Below, in pieces: positions 56,360-60,807 of a stretch of 60,807 nucleotides of DNA; positions within the stretch are counted from its first letter, which is position 1, and the number at the start of each line of letters is the position of its first letter. The translations under genes were made by a program, and so were the position numbers. Source of the stretch: Sphingomonas sp. (GTDB lineage: Bacteria > Pseudomonadota > Alphaproteobacteria > Sphingomonadales > Sphingomonadaceae); NCBI GenBank assembly GCA_013361785.1, contig JABFXK010000040.1, positions 1 through 60,807 on the forward strand, written 5' to 3'. The notes under the pieces are model-generated. The model was not told the origin of the DNA. It made no database searches and saw only the letters and a list, made by a program, of their open reading frames with translations.

Positions 56360-57358
56360 TTATTTGCGGGGCGTGGAAGGGCTCTTGCGGGACAGGACCA
56401 GATCGTCACCAGTCCGTTGCTGGAGCGACAGGTCGAACGCTGCCGCGAGGGCCTTGGCAAGGCCGAGGGTGTCACCCGCTCGAAAGCCTCCCGTGACCCG
56501 GAGCCCACCGATGTCACCCAGCAGAATGATGTGCCGCTCCGAATAACGGTTGGCCAGCGCGACAGCGTCGACGAGCGGCGTCCCATCGAACTGCAGCATG
56601 CCGCGGGTCCAGTCGGGAGCTGGCGCGGCAACGCCCTTCTGCCCCGCGCCGCCGGAATTCACCGTCAGGCTTTCGCCCTCGGCGATCGCCACAGGCGAGG
56701 CGCCTTCGCGACCGGTGCCGCGCACTTCGGCCGCTCCAGCAAGAACCAGGACGCGATCCTGCTGCGCGCCTTGCTCGACATCGACCACGCCTTGGCGGGT
56801 CATGATCTTGCTTTTGCCGGTCTCGACCACGAACGGGGCATTTGCCTGCGCAATCTGAAAGCGCGCGCGCCCGTATCGCAAATGAGCGGTTCGGCGTGAC
56901 CGTCCGACTTCCACGTCGATCTTTGTCGCAGTGTCGAGCGTTACCTTGGATCCATCGGCGAGTTCCACCTGCCGGATTTCGCCGACCCTGGTAACCAGCA
57001 CCATCGCGCTGGTCCCGCTCAACGGCAGGACGCCCGCAACAAGCAGCACGCCGGCGGGCACGAACACCGCGAGCGCGATCCCGGCCGCAAGTGCAAGGCG
57101 CGGGGAAGGGGAGCGCGCTGGCGTTCCCGGACGAGAATGCCTGCTTGCAGCAGATGCCAGCCTTGAATGCCGGAGCAGTCCGGCCTGTTCGTACGATCGC
57201 CGCACACGATCGAATGCCGCCGCATGTCTTGGATCGGCGTCGTGCCAACGGCGGAACTTGCGCTCAAGGTCAGGATCGCGTCCGCTCTGCAGGCGCGCGA
57301 GCCAGTTTCCCGCTTCGCGGCGCAACATTCCTTTGGTCCTCGGCAGACGAAATCCCAC
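56360..57358 (-). CDS. fecR: FecR-family anti-sigma/sensor
   Basis: EAGNWLARL, single TM, LADGSKVTLD, WTRGML.FDGTPL. Confidence 0.88.
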   Translation of the reverse strand: MGFRLPRTKGMLRREAGNWLARLQSGRDPDLERKFRRWHDADPRHAAAFDRVRRSYEQAGLLRHSRLASAASRHSRPGTPARSPSPRLALAAGIALAVFVPAGVLLVAGVLPLSGTSAMVLVTRVGEIRQVELADGSKVTLDTATKIDVEVGRSRRTAHLRYGRARFQIAQANAPFVVETGKSKIMTRQGVVDVEQGAQQDRVLVLAGAAEVRGTGREGASPVAIAEGESLTVNSGGAGQKGVAAPAPDWTRGMLQFDGTPLVDAVALANRYSERHIILLGDIGGLRVTGGFRAGDTLGLAKALAAAFDLSLQQRTGDDLVLSRKSPSTPRK

Positions 57359-57361
57359 GGC

Positions 57362-57913
57362 TCAGCCCCGATCCAGCAAGCGGTCGATCTTGGCAATGGC
57401 CTTGCTCATCTGCTTCTCGACGCCTTTGACGCTGAGACCCATGCGCTCGGCGATCTCGGTATAGCTAAGCCCATCGACGCGATGCGCGAGGAATATCTCA
57501 CGCGTGCGTGGCTTCATCTGTTCGACCGCATGCTCGAGCCGCCGCAACGTGTCGCGCTGTTCCAGCGTCGCCACTTGATCAACGAGAGGATCTGCAATGA
57601 CCTCGAGAGTTGGCGTGCCCCGTTCTCGTAGCGCCTTGGACGTTCCCCACTTCCCCAGCAGGCGGGTCGAGACACGCCAAAGATAGGCCTCCGGCTGCCG
57701 GATCCGCTCCAGGCCTTCCGGCGCCATTCGGAGCAAGCCGAGGAACGTCTCGTGAGCGACGTCGCGCGCAAGGTCGCCGCATCCGGTCTTGCGGGTGAGT
57801 TGCCGCACGAGCGACGATGAATGGTCGCGATAGAGTTGCCGCACGCGGCCTGTGCCCACCTCGTCCGCAGACTCGGAGATCGGATGTGCGGCGTCCGGGC
57901 GTGAAAGGCTCAT
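57362..57913 (-). CDS. FecI-like ECF sigma factor
   Basis: ARDVAHETF, REIFLAHRVDGLSYTEIAERMGLSVKGVEKQM. Confidence 0.85.
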   Translation of the reverse strand: MSLSRPDAAHPISESADEVGTGRVRQLYRDHSSSLVRQLTRKTGCGDLARDVAHETFLGLLRMAPEGLERIRQPEAYLWRVSTRLLGKWGTSKALRERGTPTLEVIADPLVDQVATLEQRDTLRRLEHAVEQMKPRTREIFLAHRVDGLSYTEIAERMGLSVKGVEKQMSKAIAKIDRLLDRG

Positions 57914-58227
57914 CCGAGCCTCCGCCGCCGTTTGCCGCGATCGCGCGCGAAACGGCCGCATTGCCCGGTCGAAACCGACTTACCCTCCCCCAAGCGCATT
58001 CACGATTCTCCTCGCGAATTGCGCCGGTGAGCCGGGTGTTGAGAACATCCTTGGAGATGCGCCGCCGCCTTTAGCCGCGAGCGGCCTGGACATGCGCGGC
58101 GGCCACCCGGCCCGAAGCAAGAAATGCGTTCGGAAGGATTACCAAGTCGAGGTTCTCACGCCCCGGCGCCTTCGACGGCGCATTTGTGATGTTAATGATC
58201 TAGTCGCGCATGTGAAGGGGCTTCGGC

Positions 58228-59400
58228 CTAGGCGCCGGGTCCGCCCATAAACTTGCTCCACGCATCCATAAGTTCGCGCCGCTTTGCCAGTGCGGTCCCA
58301 CGCCGGTAAGCCCGCTCTACGGCATTGCCCACCACGTGCGCGAGGGCGGCTTCCGCGACTTCGCGTGGGAAAGCGGTCTCTTCGCCCGCCCAGTCGCGAA
58401 ACGACGAGCGGAAGCCATGCACCGTATAATCGTCGCAGCCCATCCGCCGGAGAAGCATCTCCATGCTCATGTTGCTGAGCGGAACGCCCCTGCTGCTTGG
58501 AAACACGGGCGCTTGCGGCTTCTGGCCCCGCACGGCCATGGAACGAAGCACGATGAGCGCCGCCTCGGTGAGAGGGACAACATGCTCGCGCCCCATCTTC
58601 ATGCGGTCGCCCGCTACCGTCCACAGCTTGGCTTCCATGTCGACTTCCGCCCAGGTCATGCCGAGGACTTCGCTCGTCCGTGCGGCCGTGTGGATCAGGA
58701 ATTCAAGCGCGCGAGCCGCGGTGCTCACCCGCGCCTTCAGCCCTTTCACGAAATCCGGGACCTGGCCGTAGGGCATGGCGGGATGGTGGCGAACGCCTGA
58801 GCCTCGTGTCTTGCCTGGAAGAATATGTTGGAGATGGCCGCGCCATCGCGCTGGATTGTCGCCGCTGCGGTAGCCCTTCACCTTTGCCGCATCCAGCACG
58901 CGCTCGATGCGGGCGCGAACACGCGAGGCCGTTTCCGGCTTCGCGCTCCACATGGGCCGGAGAATGTCGACGATGTCAGTCGTGTCGACGGTATCGACGG
59001 AGCGGTCCCAAATGGGTGCGCAATAGCCCTCGAGCGTAGAGCGCCATTGAGCTCGATGCTTGGGATTTCGCCAACCAACCTCCAGATCCCTAATTAGGGA
59101 CGAAGCCACCTCGCCGAACGTGGCGGACACTTCCGGCCGTTCCGGCTCCAGCGGATCCTTGCCGGCCGCAAGCAACCTGCGGGCCTCATCCCGCTTGGTT
59201 CGCGCATCATCGAGCGAGACGAACTGAAATGAACCGAAGCCCTTCTCGCGGCGCTTGCCACGCCATTGATAAATGAAGAGCCACGAGCGCGTCCCGGTCG
59301 CTTTCACGTTCAGGTAAAGGCCGCCGCCATCGGCGTGGAGGCCGGGCTCTCTCAGGGCGGCGGCGCCTTTAACCGTGAGCCGATTGATCGCTCGTGCCAT
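58228..59400 (-). CDS. Tyrosine integrase (P4-like, arm-binding domain)
   Basis: DGGGLYL arm domain; catalytic R (AARTSE), HGFR, LAH, AY. Confidence 0.93.
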   Translation of the reverse strand: MARAINRLTVKGAAALREPGLHADGGGLYLNVKATGTRSWLFIYQWRGKRREKGFGSFQFVSLDDARTKRDEARRLLAAGKDPLEPERPEVSATFGEVASSLIRDLEVGWRNPKHRAQWRSTLEGYCAPIWDRSVDTVDTTDIVDILRPMWSAKPETASRVRARIERVLDAAKVKGYRSGDNPARWRGHLQHILPGKTRGSGVRHHPAMPYGQVPDFVKGLKARVSTAARALEFLIHTAARTSEVLGMTWAEVDMEAKLWTVAGDRMKMGREHVVPLTEAALIVLRSMAVRGQKPQAPVFPSSRGVPLSNMSMEMLLRRMGCDDYTVHGFRSSFRDWAGEETAFPREVAEAALAHVVGNAVERAYRRGTALAKRRELMDAWSKFMGGPGA

Positions 59401-59439
59401 GTGGGATCTCCTCGGAATCGTCGCCTAAGTCGATCCTTA

Positions 59440-59482
59440 TTTTAGGGACAGCCCCGGCTCAACCCTAAAACTGTCCCTAAAA
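59440..59482. repeat. Inverted/direct repeats between tRNA and integrase (candidate arm sites)
   Basis: TTTTAGGGACAG (59440-59451), CCCTAAAA (59463-59470), CTGTCCCTAAAA (59471-59482). Confidence 0.65.
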
Positions 59483-59594
59483 GCGGCCCGAAATTGTGGT
59501 GGATGGCGGCGGACGATCTAGGATGATTTGCTGTATTTTTCGTTGGTTTTCCAACGTTTTCTAGGATGCTCTTGGATTTGCTCGGATAGGAGGC

Positions 59595-59685
59595 TGGCGG
59601 AGCGGGAGGGATTCGAACCCTCGATACGGTTTTGCCGTATACTCACTTTCCAGGCGAGCGCCTTCGACCACTCGGCCACCGCTCC
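59595..59685 (-). tRNA. tRNA-Ser(GGA)
   Basis: GGAGCGG/CCGCTCC acceptor stem, anticodon loop CTGGAAA, long variable arm, GTTCGAATC, encoded CCA. Confidence 0.96.
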
Positions 59686-59773
59686 GCATTTCGCTGGAAG
59701 GGCGCCCATCTAAGGGGCGGCGCGGCACTGGGCAAGGTTGCTCAGCGAAACGACCGTCCCTAGGTCGACACCC

Positions 59774-60184
59774 ATGACTCCCGCCGAGCGCCTGTCCAGC
59801 CGAATGCCGACCGAAGCCGAGATCGACGACATTGCGCGGCGGACGCTCGAGCGCCTGCCCTCCCCCTTTTCGGAGAGCCTCGGGGACATCGTTCTGCAGG
59901 TCGTGCCGCTCGCCGATCCTGAAACCGTCCGGCGCCTCGGCCTCAGCCATCCCATGCAGCTCAGTGGCCTCTATGAGGGCGTTTCGCTCAATCATCAGAG
60001 CGTCAGTCATTCGGGCACTTTGCCCGAACGGATCACGCTCTACAGCCGGCCGATCCTTGCCGAATGGAGCTCGACCCGCCTCAGCCTCGAGGAGCTCGTC
60101 AGCCACATCGTCATCCACGAGGTAGGCCACCATTTCGGCTTTTCCGACGACGACATGCACGCACTAGAGGACAGTGCCGAGTGA
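59774..60184 (+). CDS. Zincin-like metallopeptidase family protein
   Basis: GLYEG, ITLYSRPIL, HEVGHHFG. Confidence 0.85.
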   Translation: MTPAERLSSRMPTEAEIDDIARRTLERLPSPFSESLGDIVLQVVPLADPETVRRLGLSHPMQLSGLYEGVSLNHQSVSHSGTLPERITLYSRPILAEWSSTRLSLEELVSHIVIHEVGHHFGFSDDDMHALEDSAE

Positions 60185-60732
60185 GGCAGCTGCTGCGGTT
60201 CGAGGATGTCGACCTGCGCCGCGGCGGACGCCTGCTGTTCGAAGGGCTGAGTTTTGAAGTGGGGCCGGGCGAGCGGCTGCAAGTCGCTGGTCCCAACGGC
60301 AGCGGCAAATCGAGCCTGATCCGCCTCGCGGCGGGACAGCTGCGCGCCGAGCGCGGCAGGGTGGAGCGGTCTGATCTCGCGCTTGCCGATGATGCGCTGG
60401 CGCTCGACCGCGAGTTGCCGCTGGGCCGCGCATTGCAGTTCTGGAACCCGGCGCCTGAGAAAGCCATGGACGCGCTCGGGCTGGCGCACCTGGCGCTGGT
60501 GCCGGTCCGATTGCTGTCGTCGGGCCAGCTCAAGCGTGCATCGCTTGCGCGGGTCGCGGCGTCGGACGCTCCGCTGTGGCTGCTCGATGAGCCGCTGAAC
60601 GCACTGGACGCGGACGGGGCCAAGAAGCTGGGCCTGCTCGTCGAGCGCCACCTCGAAGCGGGGGGCGCGGTGCTTGCCGCGTCGCACCAGCGGCTCGGCG
60701 GCGAATGGCGAAGGCTGGAGCTGGGAGCATGA
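60181..60732 (+). CDS. ccmA: Heme ABC exporter ATP-binding protein
   Basis: RGGRLLF, GPNGSGKS, LSSGQ, LWLLDEP, SH. Confidence 0.88.
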   Translation: MRQLLRFEDVDLRRGGRLLFEGLSFEVGPGERLQVAGPNGSGKSSLIRLAAGQLRAERGRVERSDLALADDALALDRELPLGRALQFWNPAPEKAMDALGLAHLALVPVRLLSSGQLKRASLARVAASDAPLWLLDEPLNALDADGAKKLGLLVERHLEAGGAVLAASHQRLGGEWRRLELGA

Positions 60733-60807
60733 TCGGCGCGCTGATCCTGCGCGATGTCCGTCGTGGTTTCACAGGCGCCGCGTGGCTGCCGATCGCCTTC
60801 TTCCTTT
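60729..60807 (+). CDS. ccmB: Heme exporter CcmB (5' part)
   Basis: MIGALILRDVRR...LPIAFFL directly after ccmA. Confidence 0.7.
   Translation, partial: MIGALILRDVRRGFTGAAWLPIAFFL

Larger units (their letters stand above)
1..59597. mobile_element. Integrative (ICE-like) genomic island at tRNA-Ser(GGA); continues beyond the left edge
   Basis: Integrase directly downstream of the tRNA 3' end, arm-type repeats, DUF2285 activator, RdfS-like HTH, QS genes and metal-resistance cargo; housekeeping ccmAB on the far side of the tRNA. The second att site is not in the window. Confidence 0.8.

Noticed and set aside
59518-59713. ORFs overlapping the tRNA
   Set aside because: Region is tRNA-Ser and att spacer
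1-60807. IS elements, prophage structural genes, rRNA
   Set aside because: No transposase, terminal repeats, virion genes or rRNA-like sequence recognised by eye

Overview
GC-rich alphaproteobacterial (sphingomonad-like) DNA. Almost the whole window (<1 to ~59,600) looks like one end of an integrative element inserted at the 3' end of tRNA-Ser(GGA), with chromosomal genes (zincin metallopeptidase, ccmA, ccmB) beyond it. Reading inward from the tRNA: a tyrosine integrase; a complete lasso-peptide cluster (FecI/FecR/TonB receptor, isopeptidase, C, B and two short precursors absent from the ORF track); gntR, phyH, luxI and two luxR genes; and an unsplit FseA-like DUF6499-DUF2285 activator. About 43 kb of metal/redox cargo separates that activator from an RdfS-like HTH gene at the left edge. 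The cargo includes copA with a truncated cueR, merR-merTPFA, and an ECF sigma (SigF type)/NrsF pair. It also carries a bufferin (DUF2282/DUF692/DUF2063/DoxX) operon running into arsM-pit-mtnP, a radical SAM enzyme, TIGR04282/04283 glycosyltransferases, two AhpD proteins and several extra Cys- or Met-rich exported peptides. Three main observations: (1) ten copies of the SigF promoter motif GTAAC[CG]-N16/17-CGAA sit 5' of cargo units in the correct orientation, defining an island-wide regulon; (2) that regulon joins bufferin-type RiPPs, orphan Cys-rich precursors and a probable arsenosugar pathway; (3) shared upstream motifs link the lasso precursors, the AHL circuit and the element's putative transfer activator. 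All family assignments come from motif recognition by eye; no searches were run.
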